DNA of 64,000 nt, from IMG/VR virus record IMGVR_UViG_3300021426_000005. One strand, given 5' to 3'. The position numbers and the translations under genes are program-made. Each line of letters starts with the position of its first letter. The first letter of the stretch is position 1. Under the pieces are notes generated by a model that saw nothing but the letters and a program-made list of their open reading frames with translations, was not told the DNA's origin and made no database searches. Source of the stretch: a virus. Taxonomy: Duplodnaviria; Caudoviricetes. Of this stretch, positions 38,095 through 47,499 are shown in pieces.

Positions 38095-39417
38095 TTATCC
38101 TAACCAATTGATTGTGACCTTTGATCCGGTAGCCCCCCAAGGAGCACCAGAAATTGAACCAGATGACTTGTGAATGTTGATGGTGCAATCTTCCTTGACA
38201 CCTCTACCAGAAAACGCTCGGGCATTGATCGCTGTTACTGTACTTGGAATATCAATGACACATGATTCTGCAAACTCCGCACCAGCACGACCGCCTACTT
38301 CAAATGCGTTTTCACCAATAGACGTTACACCAGACTTTAATGTAATAGAAGTGAGTAGATTGCACCGACTACACATTCCCCGTGGAATAATTGATACAGT
38401 ACCAGGAATTTCTATTTCAGTAAGTCCAGAAGGCATATCCGATGATCCAGCAAAAGCAAATTCCCCAATTTCAGTAACAGTATCTGGAATTGTCACAGTG
38501 TTCAATGAGCTACAGCTGTAAAATGTATATGGTGTGATCTTAGTTATAGATGTATCTTCTAAATTCACAGATTGCAGTGATTGACAGAAGCCGAATGTAC
38601 CATAAGTAGCATTACTCATACTAGGGTTGTCAGAACCCAATGAAGTTAAAGATGAAGGTAGTTCAACGGTTTCAACACCAGAGCGCATGAAGCATCCGGC
38701 TTCTATTGATATCGTACCTTCTGGTATAGATACCGATTTCAAGGAACTACACGCACTAAACACATGATCTCCTATTACACTTAATCCAGATGAAAACGAA
38801 ACTTCACTCAATGCAGTACAACTAGCAAATGCAGATGCACCGATAGTTTCGACACTGCTAGGAATATCTATGGCAGTAAGCGATGCACAACCATTAAATG
38901 CACCAGATGGAATAGCTTTTAAGTTGGCAGGTAAGTTTACACTTTCCAAACTTTTGCAACTCTGACAAACACCACCGCCCAAAACGGCATTGTCTGGAAA
39001 ATCTATGGTTCTTAAAGCGCACTTAGAAAATGCACTCTTACCTATAGAAGTGCAAGTGTCAGGAATATTAATCGTAACCAATCCGGTACATTCAGCAAAT
39101 CCATAATCACCTATACTGATGATTCTCGCAGGGATAGACACAGTAGTGATCAAATTTCTACCGTAAAACCCATAATTACCTACCTTTGTCACACTCTTCG
39201 GAAATTCAATCGCAGTTATAGTGTTTTCAATCATCTTAGCCAGTGCATCTGTGTTATCATCAGGAACATCAGCATCAGGAGCTTTACTTATCTGCAAAAA
39301 ATCATTCGCATTTATAGGTCCAGGAACTGACTGAACGACCCCTGGCTCCATATCCTTACCGTAAAAAGTCTGATTCTCAGATGACATATTGATATAATTC
39401 ATAGCCACAACAATCAC
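38095..39417 (-). CDS. BspA/TpLRR-type (LRR_5) leucine-rich repeat protein
   Basis: Repeated L..I.IP.SV..IG..AF..C units. Confidence 0.9.
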   Translation of the reverse strand: MIVVAMNYINMSSENQTFYGKDMEPGVVQSVPGPINANDFLQISKAPDADVPDDNTDALAKMIENTITAIEFPKSVTKVGNYGFYGRNLITTVSIPARIISIGDYGFAECTGLVTINIPDTCTSIGKSAFSKCALRTIDFPDNAVLGGGVCQSCKSLESVNLPANLKAIPSGAFNGCASLTAIDIPSSVETIGASAFASCTALSEVSFSSGLSVIGDHVFSACSSLKSVSIPEGTISIEAGCFMRSGVETVELPSSLTSLGSDNPSMSNATYGTFGFCQSLQSVNLEDTSITKITPYTFYSCSSLNTVTIPDTVTEIGEFAFAGSSDMPSGLTEIEIPGTVSIIPRGMCSRCNLLTSITLKSGVTSIGENAFEVGGRAGAEFAESCVIDIPSTVTAINARAFSGRGVKEDCTINIHKSSGSISGAPWGATGSKVTINWLG

Positions 39418-39758
39418 TCCATTTCGGATTTACTTTCTGTTATATAGTTGATCAACTCTAACTGAAATGGTTTAAGTTCATCAATTGAAGCCGCCGGATA
39501 GCTTGCAAAAAATCGCCCAACCATATCAAGTTTTAACTGATAATAGAGCATTCTGAGCATAACATCGGGTATCTCAGGGTGCTTCTCTACGAAGATGAAA
39601 TATCTGGTTATCGTACTACTGAATGCCTTGATATCATCAGGTCTAGCTTCAGATAGGTTTGCTTCTTTCAAAGCTCTGAAATTTCGACCATTATATTGTT
39701 TAAGCTCAGTGAAAAACTGAGTTGCTAAAGATGTATTAGAATCCACCAGGAGCACCAC
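39414..39758 (-). CDS. Hypothetical protein
   Basis: Overlaps the portal stop. Confidence 0.55.
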   Translation of the reverse strand: MVLLVDSNTSLATQFFTELKQYNGRNFRALKEANLSEARPDDIKAFSSTITRYFIFVEKHPEIPDVMLRMLYYQLKLDMVGRFFASYPAASIDELKPFQLELINYITESKSEME

Positions 39759-41235
39759 CTTCCGTTGGTTCTTCCGTTACGTCAATATCCCAGCCGGAAG
39801 CATCTGCACCCATTTGAGGGAATGCTTCAGTAAGAATCTCGGTAAGACCCTTACGGAATGTATCTGCATCAACAATTCCGGCATCTTTAAGGAGCTGTAC
39901 AAGGGTTGTAGCCTGATTGAGTGCAGAATCACGCTTCTCAAACTGAACTGTAGACTGAGTAGTTACTATCGGGTTCATATGAAGTGTGAACTTATCCACA
40001 TACCCACTCATATTCTTAGCTCTGAAATACTTATTCAAACCCTCAGTCCAGCCTTCGATATATGCTGTCATAAGTCTTTGCAAAATATTAGCATATAGTG
40101 CAGATCTCTGAGACATTACGGTACCAGCCGCACCAAGTCCCTCAGCAGAAGAGAAGTTCATTGCTTCTTTAGGTATACCTAATACTGACAGCTTTTTATT
40201 CTGATAATAGTCAAGCAGCTTGTTGTCTGCTTCTGTAGTATCCGACATATTGAGATCAGTTATGGATATAGCATCTGCACCATTCACCTTTGGAAGATAA
40301 ATCAAGTTATTAGGTGACTGAGGATTTAAGAAACTTTCTGCACCACCGGTAGAAGTATTCATGGACAATTGCTGTTCAATAGCATTCTTCATCTGAAGAA
40401 GTGTATCTGCAATTTCCTCTTCCTCTGCACCAGAACAATCGACATTGATGAATTTTACCACCCGGATCAAAGAAGATAAAAGCATACTATCTTCCAAAAG
40501 CCCCAGCGTTTGTGTGGGGACAACTACGTTACCCATAAGTGGCTCTGCAAACTGTATGTCATAAGTAATTGGGTCTCCGGTACGTTTGTCGGTACCCTCA
40601 ATCGTATATTCACCAAGCAGACCACCCAGCGAAAAATGAATAATTGCGGAATCAGGATATATATTATACTCACGCACATTGGCATCCGGCTGATAGATAT
40701 ACCCTACCGGATTACCCATTTCCCAGATATGAAGTACATCCTCTGGTGGTATCTTATAGGATGGAATAATATCATATTCCTTATCCGGAATGGTATTATT
40801 ATCCAAAGCAACGCCACGCTGTACAGTTTTACTTGCCGAATCCTTATACATATCTGTAGTCGGTATATACAGATTGCCTATAGTAGCAAGTTCTAAGATA
40901 TGGTCACGAACATATGAATTGATCTTCCACTTCTTGAACAGGGTATTTATGAGATCAGCAAGGTCAGGATCATCCGATGTAGCCCATATAATCTGACCTG
41001 CGGAATTAGCAGTTGTAGAATCCGTAGCATAATATGAAAGTGCGGTACTGATTTGAGAATCAGCAGCAACGTTACGCATTGTTTCTATCTTCGATTTAAT
41101 GTCCAGAAGAGCAGTATTTCCTCGCATATCAGACATACGGATGAATGAGCCAGAAGCTATAAATCTAAGATATGATGTATGATGCTTCGGCTTCTCCATC
41201 CAAGAGCGTAGCCGCTTGATCAATTTATTTTCCAA
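39736..41235 (-). CDS. Portal protein (T4 gp20-like)
   Basis: L.LLEDSMLL..L.R, DYYQNKKLSVLGIPKEAM, helical architecture; downstream of terminase. Confidence 0.8.
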   Translation of the reverse strand: MENKLIKRLRSWMEKPKHHTSYLRFIASGSFIRMSDMRGNTALLDIKSKIETMRNVAADSQISTALSYYATDSTTANSAGQIIWATSDDPDLADLINTLFKKWKINSYVRDHILELATIGNLYIPTTDMYKDSASKTVQRGVALDNNTIPDKEYDIIPSYKIPPEDVLHIWEMGNPVGYIYQPDANVREYNIYPDSAIIHFSLGGLLGEYTIEGTDKRTGDPITYDIQFAEPLMGNVVVPTQTLGLLEDSMLLSSLIRVVKFINVDCSGAEEEEIADTLLQMKNAIEQQLSMNTSTGGAESFLNPQSPNNLIYLPKVNGADAISITDLNMSDTTEADNKLLDYYQNKKLSVLGIPKEAMNFSSAEGLGAAGTVMSQRSALYANILQRLMTAYIEGWTEGLNKYFRAKNMSGYVDKFTLHMNPIVTTQSTVQFEKRDSALNQATTLVQLLKDAGIVDADTFRKGLTEILTEAFPQMGADASGWDIDVTEEPTEGGAPGGF

Positions 41236-41257
41236 ACTATCGCCTCCAAACTAACCA

Positions 41258-42796
41258 CTAATATACAAGGTTATTCAGGTCAGCATCGATGCCGTAAGCG
41301 GCAAAGAAAGCTACTTCATTAGAAATTGGAATTCCTATGTTCTTAGCGGCATTTATTGACTTTCCGTCAATATTCTCATTGGTACCACCGATAAGCACAC
41401 AATCTACAGAATTAGTGAATACGGATGTCACCTTAGCCGCATAGCTTGTAAGAATTTCAGCTATGTCCTTGTGGATAAAACTGCCAGTGATGTAAATAAG
41501 TTTATTCCGAAAAATAGGAGCACCGTCAAAACGCTTTTCAGATTCAACGATAGTAACATTTTCGGATTCCATTATAGTGATAAGTTCAGACACATTGAAT
41601 CCGTCCTCAAACCACAATATCAGCTTATCAACTTCTGGACCATGCAGATTGAGGTCAGATGTTATGAGACCAGGATTGTTGGCATAATATTTCACAGTTT
41701 CAGGATTAGATGCACAAGCCACTACGAAATCATGAATTGGTCTTGCATTTGGGAGAACTGAAACCGGTACAAGGGAGCGGATAATAGAAGATAATGAAGC
41801 TGTAATTTCAATACCACTAACTTTTTCTACAAGCAAAAAGTCTGATATAGAATTAAGTCTATCACCATACACTATATCTCGGATAGATGTTGAAGGCATA
41901 GGAAGATTAAGGACGGTCATAAAATGAATGATCTCCGGAATCAGCTTTGACCCACAATGTTTATTCTGACACTGAACAGTACCGTCCGTAGGTACATCAT
42001 AATACTTACCGCAGAACGGACATATCAAATGACTTTTATACTCAGACAGATCCCCAAATTTTGAATAAAAAATCTGGTGATGCTGATCCAGATATAGAAC
42101 AGTTCCGGCTGTCACACCGTACTTAGCTGCTTCGGTATAATGAAGATACATCTTGGAATCATTATCGGATAAAAGCACTTCGATCTTAACGTAGCCATTG
42201 TCATCTACATACTGTTTCTTCGACTTCACAATACACTGAGAAATACCCATACTACTTACTTCTATAGCTTCTCCACGGAAGATGACCATATCTGTAACTA
42301 TAGGGTTGAATGTAAATGTGGGATCACTCATCCACTGAGTAACCATGCTATCGGTTATAGCCGCTGGAACAAACCAACCAGGAAGTACATTGAACTTAGA
42401 AATCCTCAGATATTGACGAATATGCACATGACCGCTGAACCTCAAAGAAGTGCATTCAATGTTATATGCAAAGAAGTTAAAAGCATTAGGGTTGTCCAGA
42501 AAAGCTGATTCAAGATCAGATTCAATTGCACTTGGAAGTACACCGAATTTCTTGATCGTAGCATTGGTATACAGCACACCAATTACCCAGCTCGTCCCCT
42601 TCTGTAGAGAAATCCTTCCAGGTACTTTACCACTATCCAGCAGTTTGGTCATACAAGAAGCTGTAATATCTCTGCGGTTACTTGTGTTGCCAACAAATAC
42701 CTTTTCCAGATTTCCAGAGATATTGTACTGCAATGTCATGGGAAGTCCCAATGGTACCAGAGTAACAAAATCTCCAGGTTTAAGATTTTTGTTCAT
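41258..42796 (-). CDS. Degenerate NAD-dependent DNA ligase-like protein (adenylation-like, OB, Cys4 zinc finger, BRCT)
   Basis: GLPMTLQY..G.L......RDIT, CPFCG...CQN.HC, C-terminal BRCT (NKLIYITGSF...YAAKVTSV...AKNIGIPI..E). KxDG is replaced by VPLG. Confidence 0.7.
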   Translation of the reverse strand: MNKNLKPGDFVTLVPLGLPMTLQYNISGNLEKVFVGNTSNRRDITASCMTKLLDSGKVPGRISLQKGTSWVIGVLYTNATIKKFGVLPSAIESDLESAFLDNPNAFNFFAYNIECTSLRFSGHVHIRQYLRISKFNVLPGWFVPAAITDSMVTQWMSDPTFTFNPIVTDMVIFRGEAIEVSSMGISQCIVKSKKQYVDDNGYVKIEVLLSDNDSKMYLHYTEAAKYGVTAGTVLYLDQHHQIFYSKFGDLSEYKSHLICPFCGKYYDVPTDGTVQCQNKHCGSKLIPEIIHFMTVLNLPMPSTSIRDIVYGDRLNSISDFLLVEKVSGIEITASLSSIIRSLVPVSVLPNARPIHDFVVACASNPETVKYYANNPGLITSDLNLHGPEVDKLILWFEDGFNVSELITIMESENVTIVESEKRFDGAPIFRNKLIYITGSFIHKDIAEILTSYAAKVTSVFTNSVDCVLIGGTNENIDGKSINAAKNIGIPISNEVAFFAAYGIDADLNNLVY

Positions 42797-42812
42797 AGTA
42801 GATTTCCTCCAT

Positions 42813-44738
42813 TTATTTGAATTTATTATACATTAGAGAAAATGCACCGCCTAAGCTGCTTGGGCTTCCAGGGTTCATTTTCTTTGATAATCCATTTACA
42901 GCAGCAATAGCCGATACTTTTGCTTTGACCGGAACAGGAACACCAGGATTGAGTAAAATAGCATTCCAAACACTTCCTGCCACAGAATCACTCATATCCT
43001 TACTACCACCAACTTCATGATCACAGATACCTGTTCCTGGATCACGTTTTAGGTGAGTAAGTTCGGTTTCAAGCAATTCCACATGAAGTAGGTCTATACG
43101 TTGTTCAAGAATAGCGGATTTCAAAGCATCGTAGCCATCAGATGTGCGATCCAGTGATATTTTTGCAGTATTAAATCCCTGTGCTTCCAAAAGCTGTGCC
43201 ATATATTCGCTCTGAAATTGATCTCGGCTAACACATGAAATATTAAACTTGCAGACGTTTCTCAGCCAGCAGATGAATTGATTGATTTTCATATAGGATA
43301 TTTTGTCACCTCTCGGAGCTTGTACAGCAATTGAGAACACATGACTGAAAGTTGGGACTGAAATCACTTTTCCTTTAAGGTCAATGTCTTTTCGTCCAGA
43401 TATCACTATTCCAGAAATACCGGATCTATCAGTAGTAAGCGATAAGTCAAGATGAATAAACATCGGCATATGTATCAAGCGAGAATCCACACATTCAAGA
43501 TGAAAAAACTCTTCTATCGACAGCTTGTCCTGAGTACCAACTTCAATAATGTCTTTGTAAAATGGATTTTTACGTTCACCTATAGCCTGATCAAGTAAAT
43601 CCTGCGTAATGAAGCTGAAAGAACCTTGGACAGTAATTCCGGCTATATCCCTCAATGCAACATCAAAATCAGACAAAAACCTAGTTTTATTATCTTCTGG
43701 AACATCCAGCAGTCTATATCCAGAATTTCGTAATTCCTCAAGACCTTCGGGCGTATTCATTTCATCACTTACAACAAAACTGCGTAGATGTTTTCCACCT
43801 AAAGCAATCTTGAAGGTTTTACTAGAAGAATACTTAGACTTTGGCCATACTTCCCACTGAGGTTTATCAAACACATACATATGTTGATTCCCAGCTTCTC
43901 TTTGAGACCTAACATATTCTTCCATAAAGTCAGAATCTTCACGCTTAGAGCTGATGACATAGATTTTACCGAAAACTTCTCCATTCTTGACAAAAGTACC
44001 TGTAACACGGGCTACCAGTGTATCGTACTTCTCTTTCATGGTTTTCTTTGCTTTAAGTACGTCCTTAACGCCAGCGTTTCCAAAATTGACCTCATCGAAG
44101 ATAACACAGTATGTGGCTTTTCCTAACGCATGACTTGCAGCGGATCCATATACGATTTCTATTAGTCCACCCTCTGGGATGTATGCCGGATTGGTTTCAC
44201 TATCAGTAAAATGTCCATGGCGTGCAAACCACTTACTTGTCTGCAAGGTCGATATAAATTCCTTGTATGCGACACCCTTAGCAAGAGTTTCCGTAAGATT
44301 GAAAAAGAAAAATGAAATTCGTGTAACTTTCTTCAAACCAAAGTATTCTTGGGGATTTCGCAAACACATTATCCTATATAGCTGGTATGCACCATCTGAG
44401 ACCGCCGTACTGGTTTTTCCTGTTCTTGTAGCACCAGTAAAAACTATCTCATAATACTGATTTCCAGTTTGTTCTAGCTCCTTCATAACATCAAGCCACA
44501 CTGGATATATAGATCTACCACAGTCATTGGAAGCACCTAAGAATTCTTCAGAAGTCAGAAATGTTTCCTTATCAACCGGAATTTCCTTATAATCAGCAAG
44601 CCATACATCTTCATAGGTTTTGGAATAGCCGGTTTCCGCAAGCTCTTTTAGTATAGTTCTAAGAACTTTCTGTTCATCCGGGGTACAGGTAGAGTATATG
44701 GCTTTAATTCGCTCAGGAATAGAATTGATATCTGTCAT
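42813..44738 (-). CDS. terL: Terminase large subunit
   Basis: GATRTGKT Walker A, VIFDE Walker B, HLDLS..DRSG nuclease, DQFQS, KDMSDSVAG. Confidence 0.92.
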   Translation of the reverse strand: MTDINSIPERIKAIYSTCTPDEQKVLRTILKELAETGYSKTYEDVWLADYKEIPVDKETFLTSEEFLGASNDCGRSIYPVWLDVMKELEQTGNQYYEIVFTGATRTGKTSTAVSDGAYQLYRIMCLRNPQEYFGLKKVTRISFFFFNLTETLAKGVAYKEFISTLQTSKWFARHGHFTDSETNPAYIPEGGLIEIVYGSAASHALGKATYCVIFDEVNFGNAGVKDVLKAKKTMKEKYDTLVARVTGTFVKNGEVFGKIYVISSKREDSDFMEEYVRSQREAGNQHMYVFDKPQWEVWPKSKYSSSKTFKIALGGKHLRSFVVSDEMNTPEGLEELRNSGYRLLDVPEDNKTRFLSDFDVALRDIAGITVQGSFSFITQDLLDQAIGERKNPFYKDIIEVGTQDKLSIEEFFHLECVDSRLIHMPMFIHLDLSLTTDRSGISGIVISGRKDIDLKGKVISVPTFSHVFSIAVQAPRGDKISYMKINQFICWLRNVCKFNISCVSRDQFQSEYMAQLLEAQGFNTAKISLDRTSDGYDALKSAILEQRIDLLHVELLETELTHLKRDPGTGICDHEVGGSKDMSDSVAGSVWNAILLNPGVPVPVKAKVSAIAAVNGLSKKMNPGSPSSLGGAFSLMYNKFK

Positions 44739-45247
44739 TCAACATCACCCAATGCTTCAAGTACCGCCTGAGCTGTAGATCTAACCTTATCCCGGCTTTC
44801 AGAAGTCAGTAACTTAGAAGAAATCGAAGAATCTATAGTAGTGGCAGTAGAATCTACAAGGTCCACTACATTGAAACCTTGAAGATCTAGATATGGCTGA
44901 AGCAGTTTATGGGACTCAATCATGGCTTTCTGTAGCTTTTCCTGAATCCCTATCAACAAAGTAAGGGTATTCACATCACCAACATTCGCATTATCAATCT
45001 GATATTCAATGGAAGCATAGAGCTTATCTTCCAGCTTATCCATTAACTCAGTATATTTGATAATTCTAGTTAGCTGATGGTATACCCTCATTACAGTAAT
45101 ATTCTGAATGGCTCTTAGTGTAGGAATCCCATTTTCATCTGTGCATGACAATAAAGAGGTACGCATTTTTGCAACATCCTCTTTTTGCTTTGCTATCATA
45201 GGATCGACCATGACTTCTGCTGAGTTATCGAGGGTTTCAATGCTCAT
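44735..45247 (-). CDS. Possible terminase small subunit
   Basis: Helical protein overlapping the terL start; positional inference only. Confidence 0.4.
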   Translation of the reverse strand: MSIETLDNSAEVMVDPMIAKQKEDVAKMRTSLLSCTDENGIPTLRAIQNITVMRVYHQLTRIIKYTELMDKLEDKLYASIEYQIDNANVGDVNTLTLLIGIQEKLQKAMIESHKLLQPYLDLQGFNVVDLVDSTATTIDSSISSKLLTSESRDKVRSTAQAVLEALGDVE

Positions 45248-45261
45248 TCAAAATCAGTCCT

Positions 45262-45474
45262 TTACTTTAGATCAAACATCACAACACCAAGGTTGGCAAT
45301 AGCTTCCTTAACTACAGGATCGCCATCTAAGGCTTCCTGACCAAGAGAACTAATAGCACACTTGATGTATTCTATAGCTTCATCTCTGTTCTTAGCCGCA
45401 TGAATTGACTTCTTCATGGGTCTTTTGTTGCTCTTTATAGGCTGATTACCATTCTTAGAAATTTTCATATTCAC
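45262..45474 (-). CDS. Hypothetical protein
   Basis: Contains IKSN and IHAA motifs. Confidence 0.55.
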   Translation of the reverse strand: MNMKISKNGNQPIKSNKRPMKKSIHAAKNRDEAIEYIKCAISSLGQEALDGDPVVKEAIANLGVVMFDLK

Positions 45475-45776
45475 AGTTCTACGACCTCCTTAAATGTTTC
45501 AAGATTTGCATAAATGGAATCGATTTCCTCTATAGCTTCATCGAAGGTTTCAAAAGCTCTGCGCAAATCATCATCTTCTGTATAAGCATCGGTATTCGAT
45601 ATTTCGGATCTCAATTTATCAAAAGCATGAGTTACTTCTGATAAATCTGGAAACCTCTGATATACTGCAATCTCAAAATCTGCAAGTAGCTCAACTGTTG
45701 TGTAATCCCAAATATATAGCCGCATCTGGGTATATATCTTTACATACAGATTCTGCAATTCTGTTGCTGAAGTCAA
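45471..45776 (-). CDS. Hypothetical protein
   Basis: ORF track; 4-nt overlaps with neighbours. Confidence 0.55.
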   Translation of the reverse strand: MTSATELQNLYVKIYTQMRLYIWDYTTVELLADFEIAVYQRFPDLSEVTHAFDKLRSEISNTDAYTEDDDLRRAFETFDEAIEEIDSIYANLETFKEVVEL

Positions 45777-45985
45777 CTCTTCATCACCCTTTCCAATGTG
45801 TTGTATATCAACTGCTGATATGCAGTTAGTCCTACCTGATTATATTTAATCAAATTATGAAGCTCACGCTCTATATTTCTGTCCTGTACATCAAAAGTAT
45901 ATGATAGAAAATAATCATCGAACGGTGGCAATATCGCCATACTATCTATACACTTACAAATGTTATTTAGCATTGTAAACCTCAC
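45773..45985 (-). CDS. Hypothetical protein
   Basis: ORF track. Confidence 0.5.
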   Translation of the reverse strand: MRFTMLNNICKCIDSMAILPPFDDYFLSYTFDVQDRNIERELHNLIKYNQVGLTAYQQLIYNTLERVMKS

Positions 45986-46295
45986 GAATTTTAGCCACTA
46001 TACCTTCAATCTTTTCAGATATCAGATAAGGCTCACATGATTTAGTTAGCTCCACATGATAGAAATACTTTAGTGCATCAATAGAATCGGACAATTCTTC
46101 CAATGTTGGAATGTGAATAGACTCACCGCCAGCATATTTACAGAGCTTTATTAGAGATTCATAACCGACAATAGAAAACAATTCCGGAAGCCAAGCGAAT
46201 TCTGAAACTTCAAACAATGGCGGAAGTAAACTCAGCAAGTAATGAAAGTCTAGTTCCTCTGATACCGGCAGCTTAGATTTCATCTTCATCACCAA
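45963..46295 (-). CDS. Mor-like regulator N-terminal domain protein
   Basis: IVGYESLIKLCKYAGGESIHIPT pattern. Confidence 0.5.
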   Translation of the reverse strand: MVMKMKSKLPVSEELDFHYLLSLLPPLFEVSEFAWLPELFSIVGYESLIKLCKYAGGESIHIPTLEELSDSIDALKYFYHVELTKSCEPYLISEKIEGIVAKIREVYNAK

Positions 46296-47025
46296 CTACT
46301 GTAGCAGTATCATTAAGAGCTAAGGTAAATACCATAGCATTATCAGTTCTCGCTAAACGGTTGAACAGCAGATAGTTATATCCAGCAGCATTCAGAAGAT
46401 CAATTACTGTAGGCATTACATTATTCAGATTGATTGAATCATTATAATATAGCCACAATTCATCATCTTTAACAGCTGCCCGGATTACACCAGCGGTAGA
46501 CGATCTTGCATTTAGGGTCCCCTTTAGTTCACCAGCAAGCTGATCTATTGACGCATGAACTCCGGCACAAGGATTTACAGATGTGGTTTCTGCGACAATT
46601 CTCTTCTTAGCTTTAGGCTTAGTAGACGAATTAGGTGTGGTCTCATCCGCAGTACCAGAAGTAGAGTCATCGTCCCAATCATCATCAGGGTTAGTTGCAT
46701 CGAAGTCAGCTTCACCTTCAGCATCTAAGTCATCACCGAAACGCTCAGACAGTTTTCCGCCACCAGAGGGAACACTACGAATAGGTGAAGGTCTATCCAC
46801 ATCCGATGTAGGTTTTGACTCGGTAGTTTCTGTAGGTTCAACGTCCGAATCATCAGAATCAGCAGGATCGATCAGCGGTTTATATTCATCACCTATATAC
46901 TCGTCAAGCTGCTGGACTAATTCAAGATTAATAGGATCAGACATGGCAGCAAGAATCTTCTTCTTGCGTGAACTTGCTTTGTACAGCTTAGAAGCAGTAA
47001 TTCTGTTTATACAACGTATTGCCAT
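46273..47025 (-). CDS. Hypothetical protein with an acidic disordered linker
   Basis: D/S/T-rich middle region. Confidence 0.6.
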   Translation of the reverse strand: MAIRCINRITASKLYKASSRKKKILAAMSDPINLELVQQLDEYIGDEYKPLIDPADSDDSDVEPTETTESKPTSDVDRPSPIRSVPSGGGKLSERFGDDLDAEGEADFDATNPDDDWDDDSTSGTADETTPNSSTKPKAKKRIVAETTSVNPCAGVHASIDQLAGELKGTLNARSSTAGVIRAAVKDDELWLYYNDSINLNNVMPTVIDLLNAAGYNYLLFNRLARTDNAMVFTLALNDTATVVGDEDEI

Positions 47026-47038
47026 TTTAAGGTCCTCC

Positions 47039-47440
47039 TTAGTGATCTTTCATGTATATGTATGGGCGCTCAGGTGTATTTGTCTGAACCTGATACCCAA
47101 AATATAAGCAGAAGTCATTATCCAGCTTTGAATTGCTAAATGTCAACTTGTACAGATGAAATCCAGCAGATGTATTTAGTATGCTTGTATCAACCTTATA
47201 CCAAATTCTATTGGTATCCTGAAATATGTAATCAGAATAATCTATAGCTTCCACATCCATAGTTACTTCTGAAAAGTCAGACAGTGTAAGTCCTACTGAT
47301 AGTCCGGCAGGCAGTTTCAGCCAGATAGCATCTTCAATCTCATTGAGGTTTAGCACCCGGATATTAGCTGTAGCATCACTATATGACACTAAATCAAAGT
47401 GGTTAGGGTAATTTTTATCAAACAAAATAATCACTTCCAT
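47039..47440 (-). CDS. Hypothetical protein
   Basis: Follows the late motif at 47453-47464. Confidence 0.55.
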   Translation of the reverse strand: MEVIILFDKNYPNHFDLVSYSDATANIRVLNLNEIEDAIWLKLPAGLSVGLTLSDFSEVTMDVEAIDYSDYIFQDTNRIWYKVDTSILNTSAGFHLYKLTFSNSKLDNDFCLYFGYQVQTNTPERPYIYMKDH

Positions 47441-47463
47441 ACTACTTTAATAATATAAAAGGT

Positions 47464-47494
47464 TAGCGGTGCAACTATTACAATTGCACCGCTA
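47464..47494. terminator. Hairpin between the replication and packaging modules
   Basis: TAGCGGTGCAA...TTGCACCGCTA stem. Confidence 0.6.
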
Positions 47495-47499
47495 TGTTA

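Noticed and set aside
38095-39417. LRR gene as a diversity-generating retroelement target
   Set aside because: No reverse transcriptase and no template/variable repeat pair were seen in the window.
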